This document shows, one piece after another, positions 13,058 through 27,203 of a stretch of DNA of 64,000 nucleotides (its first letter is position 1; each line of letters begins with the position of its first letter). This DNA comes from Chiloscyllium plagiosum (taxonomy: Eukaryota): contig NC_057718.1 in assembly GCF_004010195.1 (NCBI RefSeq), positions 70,229,382 through 70,293,381 on the forward strand, written 5' to 3'. The notes beneath the pieces were generated by a model. It ran no database searches, was not told the DNA's origin, and saw only the letters and a program-made list of their open reading frames with translations. Made by a program: the position numbers and the translations under genes.

Positions 13058-14843
13058 TAGAACATGGAACATAGAACATTACAGCACAATACAGGTTCTT
13101 CACCCATTGATGTTGTGCCAACCTGTGGAACCAATCTGAAGCCCACTACACTATTCCATTTTCATCCATAATGCCCTTTCATCCATTTAAATGCCCTTAA
13201 GGTTGGTGAGTCTACTACTGTTGTGGGCAGATTGTTCCATGTCCCTACTACTTTCTGACTAAAGAAACTACCTCTGACATTTGTCCTATATCTATCATCC
13301 CTCAATATAAAGCTATGTACCCTTGTACTGGGCCATCACCATTCCAGGAAAATGGCTCTCACCATCCACCCTATCTAACCCTATGATTATCATACAGGTC
13401 TCAATTAAGTCACCTCTCAATCTTCTTCTCTCTAACAAAAACAGCCTCAAGTCCTTCAGCCTTTCCTCATAAGACCTTCCCTCCATACTAGGCAACATCT
13501 CCTCTGAACCCTTTCCAAAGCTTCCATCCTTCCTATAAGTGGTGACCAGAACTATACAGAATACTCCAAGTGCGGCCGCACCAGAGTTTTGTACAGCTGC
13601 AACATGACCTCAGCACTCTGAAACTCAATCTCTTTACTAATAAAAGCTAATACATCGTATGCCTTCTAAGCAACCCTATCAACCTGGGTGGGAACTTTCA
13701 GGGATCTATGTAAATGGACACTGAGATCTTTCTGTTCATCTACACTACCAAGAATTTTACCATTAACCCAATACTTTGCATTCCCGTTAATCCTTCCAAA
13801 GTGAGTCACATCACACTTTTCTGCATTAAACTCCATTTGCCACCTCTCAGCCCAGCTCTGCAGCTTATCTGTGTTCCTCTGTAACCTACAATAGCCTTCG
13901 GCACTATCCACAATGCTACCCACCTTAGTGTCATCTGTAAATTTACTAACCCATCCAACTACGCTCTCATCCAGGCCACTGATAAAACGACAAACAGCAG
14001 TGGCCCCAGAACAGATCCTTGCGGTACACCACTAGTAACTGAACTCCAGGATAAACATTTCCCATCAACCCCCACCACCCTCTGTCTTCTTTCAGGAGCC
14101 AATTTCTTATCCAAACCGCTATATCACCCACAAACCCATGTCTCCATATTTTATGCAATAGCCTACCATGAAGAACCTTACCAAATGCCTTACTGAAATC
14201 CATATATACCACATCAACCGCTTTACTCTCATCCACCCTCAAAGAACTCAATAAGGTTTGTGAGGCACGATCTACCTTTCACAAAACCATGTCAATTATC
14301 CCTAATCAACGTATTCCTTTCTAGATGATTATAAATCCTATCTCTTATAACCATTTCCAACACTTTACCCACAACCGAAGTAAGGATCACTGGTTTATAA
14401 TTACCAGGGCTATCTCTACTCCCCATCTTGAACAAGGGAACAACATTTGCTATCCTCCAGTCTTCGGGCACTTTTCCTGTAGGCAATGATAACATAAAGA
14501 TCAAAGCCAAAGGCTCTGCAATTTCTTCTCTGGCTTCCCAGAGAATCCTTGGATAAATCCCATCCGGCCCAAGGGATTTATCTATTTTCACATTTTTCAA
14601 GCTTGCTAATATCTCCTCCTTGTGAACCACAATCTCATCTAGTCTAGTAGCCTGTATCTCAGTATTGTCCTTGACAGCACTGTCTTTTTCCAGTGTAAAT
14701 ACTGACAATAAAATTAATTTAGTGCTTCCCCTGTCTCCTCTGACTCCACGCACAACTTCCCACTACTACCCTTGATTGGCCCTAATTTTACTCTAGTCAC
14801 TCTTTAATCCTGATATACCTAAAGAAAGTCTTGGAGTTTTCCT
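13058..14843 (-). mobile_element. 5'-truncated CR1-like LINE nested in Gypsy pol
   Basis: ORFs 14292-14753, 13967-14251, 13666-13923; ctaat repeated at both junctions, host frame resumes (gctaatgcagaatgt). Confidence 0.9.
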
Positions 14844-16706
14844 AATGCAGAATGTAAATATGCCCAGATAGAGAAAGAAAGCTTAACGGTTACATTTGAA
14901 ATCAGGATGTTCCATCAGTATCTTTCTCGATGAAAATTTGTGACAATCAGTGACCACAAACTCTTTCTTGCTGTGCTTAAACAAGACAAGGCAGTGCCAC
15001 CCATAGCTTTGGGCCACTATCAGCAGTGGGCTGCAATGCTAAGTGCTCATAATTACAAGTTAGAACACCTTAGAAGGCCAAATAGAGAATACAGAAGCAT
15101 TGGGTCACCTTCCATCAGCAGATACACCCCCCGTGGAAGAATCTGTAATGGTATTTAAATTTTCTGGACACACTCGCAGTTACAGCTGACAGTATCAGAC
15201 TTCGGACACAGAAAGATCTAGTGCTTTCAAAACTGAAACAATTAATGGTGATGGGGGAAACCAAAGGGCTGCCACAACTAGAATTGAAACCTTTTCAGTG
15301 CAGGAGAAACCAGCTCAGTAGAAGATGGCGTATTGTTATGGAGAGCAAGAGTGATTGTCCCAAGCAATGGTCGCCATTGAATACTGGCTGAACTCCACCA
15401 GGGCCATCCAGGGATCTCCAAAATGAAAATTTTGGTGGCAAGTTATGTCTGATAGCCAGGCCTGGATACAGACATAGCCACATTGTTGGAGCAGTGCTCA
15501 GAGTACCAACAACGGCAAATATTTCTACCAGCAGCTCCTCCACATCTTTGGGAATAGCCAGGTAAACCTTGGGCTCAGGTGCATTTTAACTATGTAGTCC
15601 TTTGCTGGGTTCAATGTTCTTTGTCATTTAGATGCCTACTCAAAGTGGTTAGGCATGTATGCAGTCCATTTGTCAAACACTGGTATGACAATGGAAAAAT
15701 TATGCACATCCTTTTCAATACACGCAGTCCCAAAAGTGTTGGTCACAGATAATGGGCCATCATTTACCAGCAGGGAATTTGGGTATTTCCTAAAGTCAAA
15801 TGGGATTTGACTCCATACACACCCCACTCATCCAATGGCCTGGCAGAAAGAACATTCCAAACTTTGAAGGCTGACTTGAAGAAACAGCCTACAGCCTCAC
15901 TAGTCACCAAGCTGTCACAGTTCTTATTTGAGTCTTGGACTGTCCCACATGCAACTACAGGGAGAGCACAGGCAGAGTTACTAAAGGGTAGAAAACTCCA
16001 CACTTGGTTGAGTCTGATCTTCTCAGACTGGGAGCATCAGGAATACCAATGCTGGACAAGACTCCACCAAGTCAGAGAGACAATTTGATACAGGGACGAA
16101 GTTTGATGTTAGAATCATGGAAGTGGACCCACATGGGTAACAGGCATTGTCGATGCAAGGTCAGGACCAGTGATGTATTTGGGTAGGTGCAATGGTCCTG
16201 AACAAGAACGTGGACCAAATAAAATCTGCAAATTCACAAATGGTGCAGAAACAAGACATGCCCTGCCCTCAGAACAGTCAAAAAGACTGCCAGAACTCAT
16301 TAGTTTACTTCTCCGCCAAACATTGGTGAGTCCTCTGAATCAGAGATGGACATGATGGATGTAGCCGCTTTGATGCCTTTACCGCTAGAAGAAGAGTAAA
16401 ATTCTAGCAAGGCATGCCTGATGCAGGGATGAGCTTCCATGTAACATCAACCGTATCAGATGCAGTGTCAGAGAACTTGACCTGGTGCTAAAATGCACTT
16501 GGAGACTCTCCACGAAAAAGCTCCAGCCTATGTTCTAGGTCTCAGAGAAGGAGAGATGCAGTGACTGTAATGAGGTTGGCCAGCTGGACTTCATAGGATA
16601 TGAGTTCCCTAATTGGGGCTGTCAAATGGGTCTATTCAGGAAGCTCTGGCTGACAGATAAAAAGGAGAGTGTCCCTTTGAGAGCTGTGACTGAATGGGGC
16701 AGTTCT

Positions 16707-16967
16707 AGATTAGATTAGATTAGATTACTTACAGTGTGGAAACAGGCCCTTCGGCCCAACAAGTCCACACCGCCCCGCCGAAGCGCAACCCACCCATAAC
16801 CCTACATTTACAACACTACGAACACTACGGGCAATTTAGCATGGCCAATTCACCTGACCTGCACATCTTTGGACTGTGGGAGGAAACCGGACGCAGACAC
16901 GTGCAAACTCCACACAGTCAGTCGCCTGAGGCAGCAGTGCTAACCACTGTGCCACCGTGCTGCCCAC
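16707..16967 (-). mobile_element. HE1-like SINE inside the Gypsy 3' LTR
   Basis: Consensus with internal deletions. Confidence 0.85.
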
Positions 16968-17975
16968 TAAGTCAAGAACTCTTCATAAAGAGTGACAGGA
17001 AATTGGCCTCTGTAGAGTTACTTTCTTCTCTAGTTCTCTTGTTTTACACTCTAATTTTATGTAGCTTGTTCCTCTTTTCTATTCCTGTAATTACTTTATT
17101 CACAGTCTCTCATTAATGTAGCTTAAACCCTCCCTACTAGTGAACTTTCACATGTAGACATTAATGTTACCCATTTTTAAAAAAATATTCTTCCTGCTGC
17201 AAAACTGATCCCAATGCCCAAACATTTGAAGTCTATCTATCCTACACAATGCCTCAAGTCAAACTTTAATATTCACTATTTCAATTCTTGCTGATGCATG
17301 GCATTGGCAGCAATTCAGACGTTACTGCCTTACATTTTGCTTTCCTCCCTAGCTCCTAAAAGTCTGATCCTACATCTCAATACCTGCCTCTCTGTGTGGT
17401 AGGTACCAATATGTGTCACAACTTCGGGTACCCTCCCTTCCCCTTGCTGAATATTCTGCACCCTCTCCATAATATTTTTTACCTGGCAACAGAAACATCT
17501 GACTTTCAAATTGTGGGATCTCGGATAACAACTGCACTTCTACAATTTGTTGTTTCCACCCCATGCTGTCCTTTGCCCACTGGCACCACTGTCTAACACT
17601 TACAATCTAGAGAATTCCCATTTTCCTTAATGGTCTGCAGTAACTCTGTTTGTCTTTCAAGCCTGAAACCATTAGCTTGAGTTCAAGAAGCTACATTCTG
17701 ATGAAGTGACAAAACCAATCCACAGGAATCTACTTTTATAAAAACTAGTGGACTTCTTGAAACCATGTAGCCATAAACTTTATAACAATAGTAAATACAA
17801 CATGTTCGCGATTTTGAGCATTGTGGAAATAATTCACTGAAATAACACTGCTCTTGGTTTTTTGGTAACATCTTGTTCAATGTTTCTTTATATACGTTGT
17901 TTTGTTAAATTTAATCATCTGTTTCTATATACAGAACATAAAATATTGACTCAGATGTTCCAAAGGGCAGATGAT

Positions 17976-18300
17976 GGCGGCACGGTGGCACAGTGGTTAG
18001 CACTGCTGCCTCACAGCACCAGAGTCCCGGGTTCAATTCCTGACTCAGGCGACTGACTGTGTGGAGTTTGCACGTTCTCCCCGTGTCTGCGTGGGTTTCC
18101 TCCGGGTGCTCCGGTTTCCTCCCACAGTCCAAAGATGTGCAGGTCAGGTGAATTGGCCATGCTAAATTGCCCGTAGTGTTAGGTAAAGGGGTAAATGTAG
18201 GGGAATGGGTGGGTTACGCTTCAGCGGGTCGGTGTGGACTTGTTGGGCCGAAGGGCCTGTTTCCACACTGTAAGTTATCTAATCTATCTATCTAATCTAA
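17976..18300 (+). mobile_element. HE1-like SINE (young, full length)
   Basis: ggcggcacggtggcacagtggttagc...ggttcaattcc (A/B boxes) and tctaa tail. Confidence 0.92.
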
Positions 18301-21300
18301 TGATTGTTTCTGCAGTATGGATGGGAGTTGTGTATTGGGACTTCACAGACTCCCCTGTCTAACAGACTCTGACGAAATCACTGGGAAATTGAAGATTACA
18401 CTGAGCAGTTACCCCACACTGGAACCCTCAGAAAATATCAATTTAAATTGGACAATTCAGAGAGTTCGACTGCAATTAAATGATTAGTTATCAGGCAAGG
18501 TTAGACTATTAAATACCTTTTGTAACTCCTGATTAATTATGCAACTGACACCACCCCATCACATCTCACACATCCCCAACTATACCTCCCACAGACCCTT
18601 TAGCATCCTAGGCCTGACTCAGCACTCTACTTCTTCAACAAGATCTGACACAGCACCCTACCTCTCGAATCAAAAATCCCCTGCCATGGCACTCTCTACA
18701 CCTGCCTCTGCTCCTGGGGCTCAACATCAACACCAACCCTCAATTTCCAAGGTCCTGATACTTTCTCAGCTTGCCACTGGACCCGAACTGCACTCCCCAC
18801 CACCAGCAGGTCTACCACAACATTCCATCACTTACCTGACCATCTTTCTACTTTGCACCTGATTCCCTGCCAACCAGACATCATACATGCTCGACACCCC
18901 ATCGCGCCAGCACTCTAACCTCACACTAATCTTCTGTAACTATCTTTTCACAGAAGCTGTCAATATCTGTATTGTAAAATATTTAAATCACAGACTACGG
19001 CAACTACTGCTGGGAAAATGAAGGAATGATTTGCCGACCCCCAACTATCCTACAGTACATGAGATTTGTCAGATTTAAAGGTGCCCTCATTGGAATATTC
19101 TGCCAGAAATGTGGAACTCTTCCTTTACACAGAGAAGGAAAGAATCGTACTCAATCTGATTATGATGGCCATTCCTCAGAAAATCTAGCCCATAACAGTC
19201 CTGAGTTTCTGGGGAGTGATGAAACCAAGACAGTCAATGCTGACCTTGAATAAAACCTCACTGAAAGATCTATTGTTTCCAGTGCTATGTTATGGTAATA
19301 TAGTTGAGAGCAACATTGTTTACTGAGGAATTCCCAACATGGAGCTGGAATCATGTCATCAAACTGTTCAAACACCCAATCACAATAAAAGATTTTCAGT
19401 AACCTTGAAGTGGAAAAGCACAAGTAATTAAATAAAATTATTTACAAAGAATTTTCCACTTAACAAATTAAAAATGGTTACATACAAAAGAGGTGAAGGC
19501 AGAAGCTAGAATATTGAAAAAGCATTTTTTTTTAATGATCAATACTACTAAGTAACTTACCAGGACTCCAGAAATATGAAAATACATTTTCAAAGCCAGT
19601 TCTGCTGTTCAGCAAATGTTATAACCTTAGCATGTGTTATACCTTGAAATTGCAGTCAGTTTCACAGGGATTAGAAGGATGAACACTGACAGCTTACTGT
19701 CAACTCCTCCACTATTGCACATCCCTCACCATCACACTCATCAATATTATCCCCACCCCATACTGCTCCACAGTACATCCAGGCCAATCTGTTATTTATA
19801 TTTTATTCCATAAACCTAAGTTTAGAAAGTACAATTCTGCAATTAAATTCTTGAACGTACATTGCAAAGTAGCTCCATCTTTGTAGCCACAACAATCACA
19901 AACCTTGCAAAAATCATAATTCTGTTTGAGGTATTTTTTAAAAATATATCTTCACATCAATTTGTTTACCTTTGAGGAATAGTAGGGAGATGGTGGAAAG
20001 ATTCCCACCAGCCTGCTGAACTGTTTCATGTACAGTCCTTCAGTGGTCAACAAATCCTGGAGACTTGAACCTTCTTTAAGAAGGCACGGTTACTACTACT
20101 GCAACAAAATATCTCTTATGTTGAACTATTCAACAATAAAACAAATTCCCACAAATTCTGCACGTAAAAATCATTGATACTGTATTTTATGTTGCAAACT
20201 GCTAAATAACCTCTCTTGCTCAAGGTAGACCAACTAGGACATGCATCGACCAGCACATCCTTCAGCCATTTCTGAACAACTGAAGATTATTATGGAATGA
20301 CAAGGTTATTTAGTGAATAAGGATTATTTGCGTTACTAGGTAAATAAAGCTGGCCTGTGACAATGAAATTAAAATGCCTTTTTTGTTTATGAGACATGAT
20401 CTTCCAACATATATAAAGAACTAATGCATTTCTATATACTCTGTTTTACACATTTGAATGCAAGAATACGTTACAAATTACACTACTGGAATCAAAATCA
20501 AGTCTATAGCACTGCAGATGCATTAAACAGTGCAGTTCTGCCACAGCTCCAAATGAAATATAACAGAACACCTGGGACTCTAAACTGCCAAAACAGGGTA
20601 ATACAGTGGTATTTTCATTGGTACCTTGTTACATATAGGAACTCAGTCTGCTCTTATATGGCCCTCTGCATCAAAAAGGACAGAGCTAATGAAGACAAGG
20701 GGTTCCTGCACCTTTAGGACTTGAGCAACCTGCTGTACATACCAGGTTCCAAATGTACAGTCAGATAAAGCATACCTTCCTGAAAGGCTGAAATCTGCTT
20801 CACAAGTTGTGGTGTCCAAGCTTGCAGTCAGAACCTGGACCCTAACAACCAGTGCAATTTCTGCTTTAATAAATTTGTCGCAGAGTCCCCTGACAGACTC
20901 TATGAGAGCAAATATAGTGAAACTTTTTCCACTAATTGGAATCGTCCGTCAAAGAAGAAACTTATTTTGATTGATGGAATTCAGTCTCTCAGTCTGAAGT
21001 TACTTAGCACTCAGCAAGACTCACCAGTATAGAGTAGCGATCTTCAAAGCCATGAGAATGAGAACTACAGAATTAAAACATTCAAATAGAAGTAGTGTTC
21101 TGATTATGCAATGCTGTGCTCAGACCACACCTTGCCTGATCTGGCTGCTGATAACGATGAATGGAGGCATTGATGAAAACTGTAAGACTGATCCCTGCAG
21201 CATCAAAGGTTACGTGGAAAGGCTAGATGAATTTAAGATTTTCATTGTAATTTTATGGTAGTCTGCAAAAGGTTAATCCAAAATACTACTGAAATAAGGG

Positions 21301-21304
21301 TCGA

Positions 21305-21385
21305 GATTGTGGTGCTGGAAAAACATAGCAGGTCAGGCAGCATCCGAGGAGCAGGAGAATTGATGTTTCAGGCATGAGCCCTTTA
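21305..21385 (-). mobile_element. Penelope-like terminal repeat fragment
   Basis: gtggtgctggaaaa..agcaggtcaggcagcatccgaggagcaggag. Confidence 0.65.
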
Positions 21386-22974
21386 CTGAATTAACCATTG
21401 TTTCGTGAAAATGGACAGAGACAAACATGTAAAGGTAGATTTATTACTGATATCAGAAGGTTTATCCACAGTGATCAACAATTGAAACAGAGAATTGAGT
21501 TGAGGCAAAGACCCTAATAACTCAAAAGTGCAACTAAATATAACAAAGGGTACGGTTCCAACGGAATTAATTGAAATGGGTCAAGTGGTATTCCTTTCAG
21601 TAAATGTTTTGCGCCATTTAGAAATGAATTATGATTACTGAGGGGAGAACACTCAAGGAACATCATAAGAAGCCTGTGAAATAATGATAAAAGTGAGATA
21701 ACGAGAACTCAGGAATAGCATGTTCCTGTTAGTTTGAAGGGCACAGTTGGCAGGAGTAGGGAACACTGGATGACTTGAGATATTGAAGCTCTGGTCAAGA
21801 AAAAGGAGGTATTTGTCAGGTGGCATCAAGGGAATCCCTTGAGGAATATAGGTGATGTCAGAGTACATTTCAGAGAGAAATCAGACGGGCTAAAAGGAAC
21901 ATGAGATAGTTTTGTCACATAAGGTAAAGGAAAATACAAAGAGATTCTAAAAGCATATTAAGGGCAAAAGAGTAACTAGGGAAAGAATAGGGTCCTTTAA
22001 AGATCAACGAGACCATCTATGTGTAGAATCACAAGGGATCCACATTACAGAATAGGAGGTGCTGGAGATCTTAAAACACATATAGGTAGACAAATCCCCA
22101 GTAACAGATCAGGTTAACTCAGGACATTGTGAGAAGCTAGAGAAGAAATTGCAAGGTTCCCATCAGAAATATTTGTATCATTGATAGCCGCAGGTGACAT
22201 GTCAGAAGACTGGAGGGTGACTAATGTTATATTATTATTTAAGAAAGGCTGCAAGGAAAAGCCAGGGAACTATAGATGGGTAAGCTTGACATCAGTAGTG
22301 TATAGGTTGTTGGAGGGGATTCTGAGAGACAGGATCTACATGCAAAGAAAGGCAAGAACTGATTAGAGATAGTCAGCATGGGTTTGTGCATGGGAAATCA
22401 TGTCTTACAAACTTGGTTGAGCTTGTTTGAAGAGGTAACCATGAAGTTAGATAAAGGCAGAATGGAAGTCGTTGTCTTCAGGGACTTTATTAAGGCCTTC
22501 GACAAAGTTCCACATGGTACACTGGTTAGTAAGGTCAGGTCACACGGGGTCCAGAGAGAGCTAGCCAATTGGATACAAAATTGATGATAAGAGACAGAAG
22601 GTGTTGGTAGAGGTTGTTTTTCAGTCTGGAAACCTGTGACCAGCGATGTGCCACAAGGATCAGTGGTAGGTCCACTGTTGTTAGTCATTTATGTAAACAA
22701 TTTGGATGAGAACATAAAAAGCATGGTTAGAAAGCTTGTAGATGACACAGAAATTGGTGGCATAGTGGACAGTAAAGAAAGTTATCTAAAGATCCAATGG
22801 CATCTTGATCAATTAGGCCAGTGGACTAAGGAATGGAGTTTAATTTAGACAAATGCAACATCTGGCAAGTGAAACCAGGGCAGGACTTATACAGTTAATG
22901 GTAGGTCCCTGGGGAGCATTGTTGAACAAAGAGACCTAGGGATGCACGTACATAGTTTTTTTTTTATTTTTTTT

Positions 22975-23275
22975 TAGATTACTTACAGTGTGGAAATAGG
23001 CCCTTCGGCCCAACAAGGTCCTCACCGACCCCGCCGAAGCGCAACCCACCCATTCCCCTACATTTACCCTTTTACCTAACACTACAGGCAAATTAGCATG
23101 GCCAATTCACCTGACCTACACATCTTTGGACTGTGGGAGGAAACCGGAGCACCCGGAGGAAACCCACGCAGACACGGGGAGAATGTGCAAACTCCACACA
23201 GTCAGTCGCCTGAGTCGGGAATTGAACCTGGGTCTCTGGCACTGTGAGGCAGCAGTGCTAACCACTGTGCCGCCC
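22975..23275 (-). mobile_element. HE1-like SINE
   Basis: Full consensus on the minus strand. Confidence 0.9.
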
Positions 23276-23346
23276 AAATTCCTTGAATTTGGCTTCACAG
23301 GGTGGTGAAGAAGTTACTTGGCACACTTGATTTCATCGGTCAAAGC

Positions 23347-25465
23347 TGAAACGTGTGGTGCTGGAAAAGCACAGCAGGTCAGGCAGTATCCAAGGAGAAG
23401 AAAAGTTGACATTTCAGCATAAGCCCTTCATCAGGAATGTGGGGTGAAGGGGTCTGAGAGGTAAATAGGAGGATGGGGGTGGGGGAAAGGTACTGGGAAG
23501 ACAATAGGTAGATGCAGATGGGGTGTGATTATGATAGCTTGGTGGGGAGAGTAGAGCGGATAGATGGGAAGGAAGATGGACAGATGAGACAGGTCAAGAA
23601 AGCAGTGCCGAATTGAATGGTTGGATCTGCGATGCGGTCGTAGAGGGGAGATTTGGAAACTAGTGAAGTCGATGTTGATGCCATGTGGTTGAAGTGTCCC
23701 AAGACAAAAGATGATGTGTTCCCCCTCCAGGCGTTGGGTAGCTCGGATTTGGCAGTGGAGGAGGCCCAGGACTTGCATGACCTTGGTGGATTGGGAAGGG
23801 GAGTTGAAGCAGCTGGCCACAGGACAGTGGGGTTGTTTGGTAAATGTGTCCCAGAGATATTCCCTGAAACATTCCACAAGTTGGCATGCTGTCTCCCCAA
23901 TGTAGGGGATACTGCATTGAGGGCAATGGGCACAGTAGATGAGGTATTTGGATGTGCAGGAAAATCTCTGCTGAATGTGAAAAGATACTTTGGGGCCTTG
24001 GACTAAGGTGAGGGCAGAGGTGTGGGCAAAGTTTTACATCTCTTGCAGTGACAAGTGAAGGTGCTAAGTGTGGAGGGTGGGTCGGTCGGGACGTGGACCT
24101 AACGAGGGAGTTAAAGGTAAGCACGGTAGTGAAAGCGGCGGAAGAAAAGTTTGACGCATGGAATTAATTGACCGGAAGTGTAGTGGGATGAAGGTGAGAC
24201 CTTTACTGAGGACTGATCACTCATCATCAGTGAGATGGAGGTCCTGGGGGATGGTAAAACCTGGCAGGGCTGGGATCTGGGGGCTGGTGTAGAGCTGGAG
24301 TTGGGAGTGGGGGTGCAGACTGTCTTTGGAATGAGGGCAATTATGTTATCATTGGTAATGTCACCAGAGGAAATAACATAAATAGCAGTGGTCAGGGTGG
24401 CGAAAGTGGTGCATTTGGTGGTACCTACAGGGGCGGAAGTGGCATTCCGTGTAGCATTCACAGTAGGTGTACCTTCAGCAAAGGCTGCCAAGGTGACATG
24501 GTCAGCGGAGCTGTGGTGAGTGATGTCAGTGGGGGCAAAAGTGACACATTCCACAGCAACTGCAGGGATGTAAGTGGTAGCTACAGTGGCACAAGCAGAA
24601 GCAGTGCTTTGGCATCATGTGAGAGGGTGGGATGGTATTCGGGGCTGTTCTTGTGAGTGTTGTTGGTGGGGACGGAAGTGGCATAGGCAGCGATAACCAC
24701 AGGTGAGGATGTGACGTGGGCAGTGTTCATGGAGATTTCGGCAGCAGAGGCTGTGGCGCCGTTCATGGCGGCAGAGGTTCTGGCAGTGATCATGGAGTTG
24801 GTAGTCGTGGCAGCGATCGCAGAGGCAGCATTGTCGGCAGTGGTCATGGTCAGTAGGGCGGAAGTGACATCATCATTTTCAGGGGTAGTGGTGACTGTAG
24901 CGGCCACATGGATAATGGCATTCGACTGGTTCTGGAGGCCGGGGGAAGGTCTGGATTGGTCAAGGAATTGCGAGTTTGGAGGTAAGTATGTGAGGGTTTG
25001 GTGTACTTACATTCCTTGATGTCTGATAAGCTTGAGAAAAAGTGTTTGATGAGCGTTTTGCAGGTCTGGGAGAGTGTGGCCCTGAGCTGGGGCACAGCTG
25101 ACTGCAGGAAGATGGCAGCACATGGCTGCGAATGTGAAGTGGATAATCTGGAGGAAGAACTGTTTCTGGAGGCTTTGGGTTTGCTGTAGGTAGTGATTGT
25201 CCCGGTCCAAATTGTGATGGTCTGAATGTGGTCTGGTCCATGCGAGGTAAGTTGGTTGCATAGGTAGGTGCTGAGGAAGGAGACATGACTGTAGTAGTGG
25301 GTCTGCTTCAGGATGTGGTTGAAGAGCTTCAGGACAGAGGAGATGACCTAAGGGGTGCAATGGGAGAGGTACTCACTAAGATCCCTGTGAAGGGAGGAGA
25401 ACTTCTTCAAGGTGGGCATCCTTGGAAGAGGCTTTGTAGTAATGGTACAGTGACTAGGGAAAAGT
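23347..25465 (-). mobile_element. Internally deleted Penelope-like retroelement
   Basis: 5' region, Thr/Ala-rich tract, SVLSKGLTF..FFRR..RAY motif joined directly to GIY-YIG region (HIIFCLGTLQPHGINIDF); terminal repeat 23354-23437; tc(g/a)gtcaaagc at both ends. Confidence 0.8.
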
Positions 25466-26430
25466 TCAGTCAAAGCACTGAGTACAGGAGTTGAAACATT
25501 ATGTTACAGCTATGCAAGACATTGGTAAGGCCATATTTGGAGTACTGCATACAATTCTAGTCATCCTGCTATAGTAAAGATGTTATTAAACTAGAAAGGG
25601 TGCAAACAGATGTTAACGACAATAGAGGGTTTGAGTAATAAGAAGAGGCTGGATAGGCTGGGACATCTTTCCCTGGAGTATAAGAGGCTCAGGTGACCTT
25701 AGTGAAGTTTATAAAATCATGAGGTAAATAGCCAGGGCAGGGGAGTCCAAAATTAGAGGGCATTTGTTTAAGGTGAGTGGAGAAAGATTTAAAAAGGACT
25801 GCAGGTGCAACATTTTTACACATAGTGTGGTGCTTTTATGGAACAAGCTGCCAGTGTAAACGCGAGTACAATTACAACATTAAAAAAAATTCGGACAGGG
25901 ACATGAACAGGAAAGGTTTAGGAGGATATGGTCCAAACGCAGGCAAACGGCGTTCAACTTCGGAAACTTGGTTGACATGGTTGAGTTGGGCCAAAGGGTC
26001 TATTTCTGTGCTTTACAACTCTATGACAGATTGTTTCATCTGTCTAGCACACTTATGATTTTGGAAACCTTTTTCAGATCTCCACTTAGCCTTCTTGCCA
26101 AAGAGAATAGTTGCAACTTGTAACTGAAATTTCTCATTCCTGGAGCCATTTCTATAAGTCACTTCTGCACTCATTCTAATTTAGAGTCATAGAGTTGAAA
26201 AGGCACAACTTTAAAATGATTAACAAAAGGAGCAAATATAGAGCAAGTCAAACTTTTCACAAAGCACATCGTTAGACTATGGAATCCATTGCCTGGAACT
26301 GTGTTGGAGGCAGGTTCATTTGATACATTCAAAAAGTTATTGAATGATTATTTGGATCAAAATAATAATTGAATAAGGTTGTGAGGAAGGGGGGAACATG
26401 AGATTGGCAGAAGGCGATGGTGGTCATCTG

Positions 26431-26654
26431 TGTAATGATCGGAACGATGTCAACAAGGTGGATCTCTCATAGAATATGAATTCCCTGATTGGACCTCCTA
26501 ACCTGGTCCAATCAGGGAGTTTCAGCTGACAGGTCAAACAGGAACATCAGTGGTTCTGTTCACTCTGGGAGTTGGCTCTGTGCTAGCTGGGTGAATGATG
26601 TTTAAGTAAATGATGACATGGTGACGAGATATTGGCCTTCTTGGAGTTATTTCA
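26431..26654 (+). repeat. 5' LTR of second Gypsy element
   Basis: TG...CA ends; aligns with 30623-30740 plus 37420-37539 and with 16557-17025. Confidence 0.8.
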
Positions 26655-27203
26655 GTGATCATGAGATTAAAAAATCCCATATCAAGAATCCATATCTGGA
26701 ATTTTGACAAAGTTAAGATGACTGGCAGAGGCATTTGATTTTTGATTTAACCCAAAGTGAGATGCAAAGATACTATTTGGTATGTGCGATTAATGATGTG
26801 ACCACTCAAAAGCATTTACTAGCTGAAGCCCAATTGGGCTTCAAACAGACATTACAACTGGCTTTGCCATCAGAAAATGCGGTAAATGGAGCTTATGAAT
26901 TATAGGAGTTGCCAATTAAAGCAGATATCCTTGCCAAGCCTGCAGAGCTTGCATCACTTGAGTGAAGGCAATTGCATAGCCTCACTCAGGACATATCCTC
27001 ATAGAGGGACACTAGGGCAGCCCACTGTAAAACTCCAAATCAAAGCCAAGCCTTGGCCAAATGGTTAAAATTTTCTCAAGGGCTTGGACTGGCAGGCCAT
27101 TGTAGTTGCTGCTAGTACGCGGACTCAAGATAGCAAAAGAGTCCCACTGGTCTTGAATTGAGAAAGAAAACTCAGGCTGATATTGAAGAGAGTGCACACC
27201 CTA

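Larger units (their letters stand above)
10615..17025 (+). mobile_element. Decayed Gypsy LTR retrotransposon (gag-pol remnants, 3' LTR ~16557-17025; 5' LTR not seen)
   Basis: Protease-like (IWLNGHLVLMVIDIG), RT (FTKLD, INTHKGLYQYTRLP, IYIDDILVTG), integrase (TPYTPHSSNGLAER); purine tract before the LTR. Confidence 0.88.
21630..26030 (+). mobile_element. CR1-like LINE, interrupted by a SINE and a Penelope-like element
   Basis: ORFs 22181-22366, 22378-22584, 22636-22848 (VPQGSVVGP, LVDDT); 3' part resumes at ~25470. Confidence 0.85.

Noticed and set aside
17976..18050. tRNA gene
   Set aside because: The tRNA-like A/B boxes are SINE heads that continue into the SINE body; the same holds for all copies.
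24111..25019. Mucin-like Thr/Ala-rich host protein
   Set aside because: Lies inside a Penelope-like element and is broken by stops and frameshifts.
26420..26435. Target-site duplication of the second Gypsy
   Set aside because: Flanks (atctg versus ttttg) do not match convincingly.
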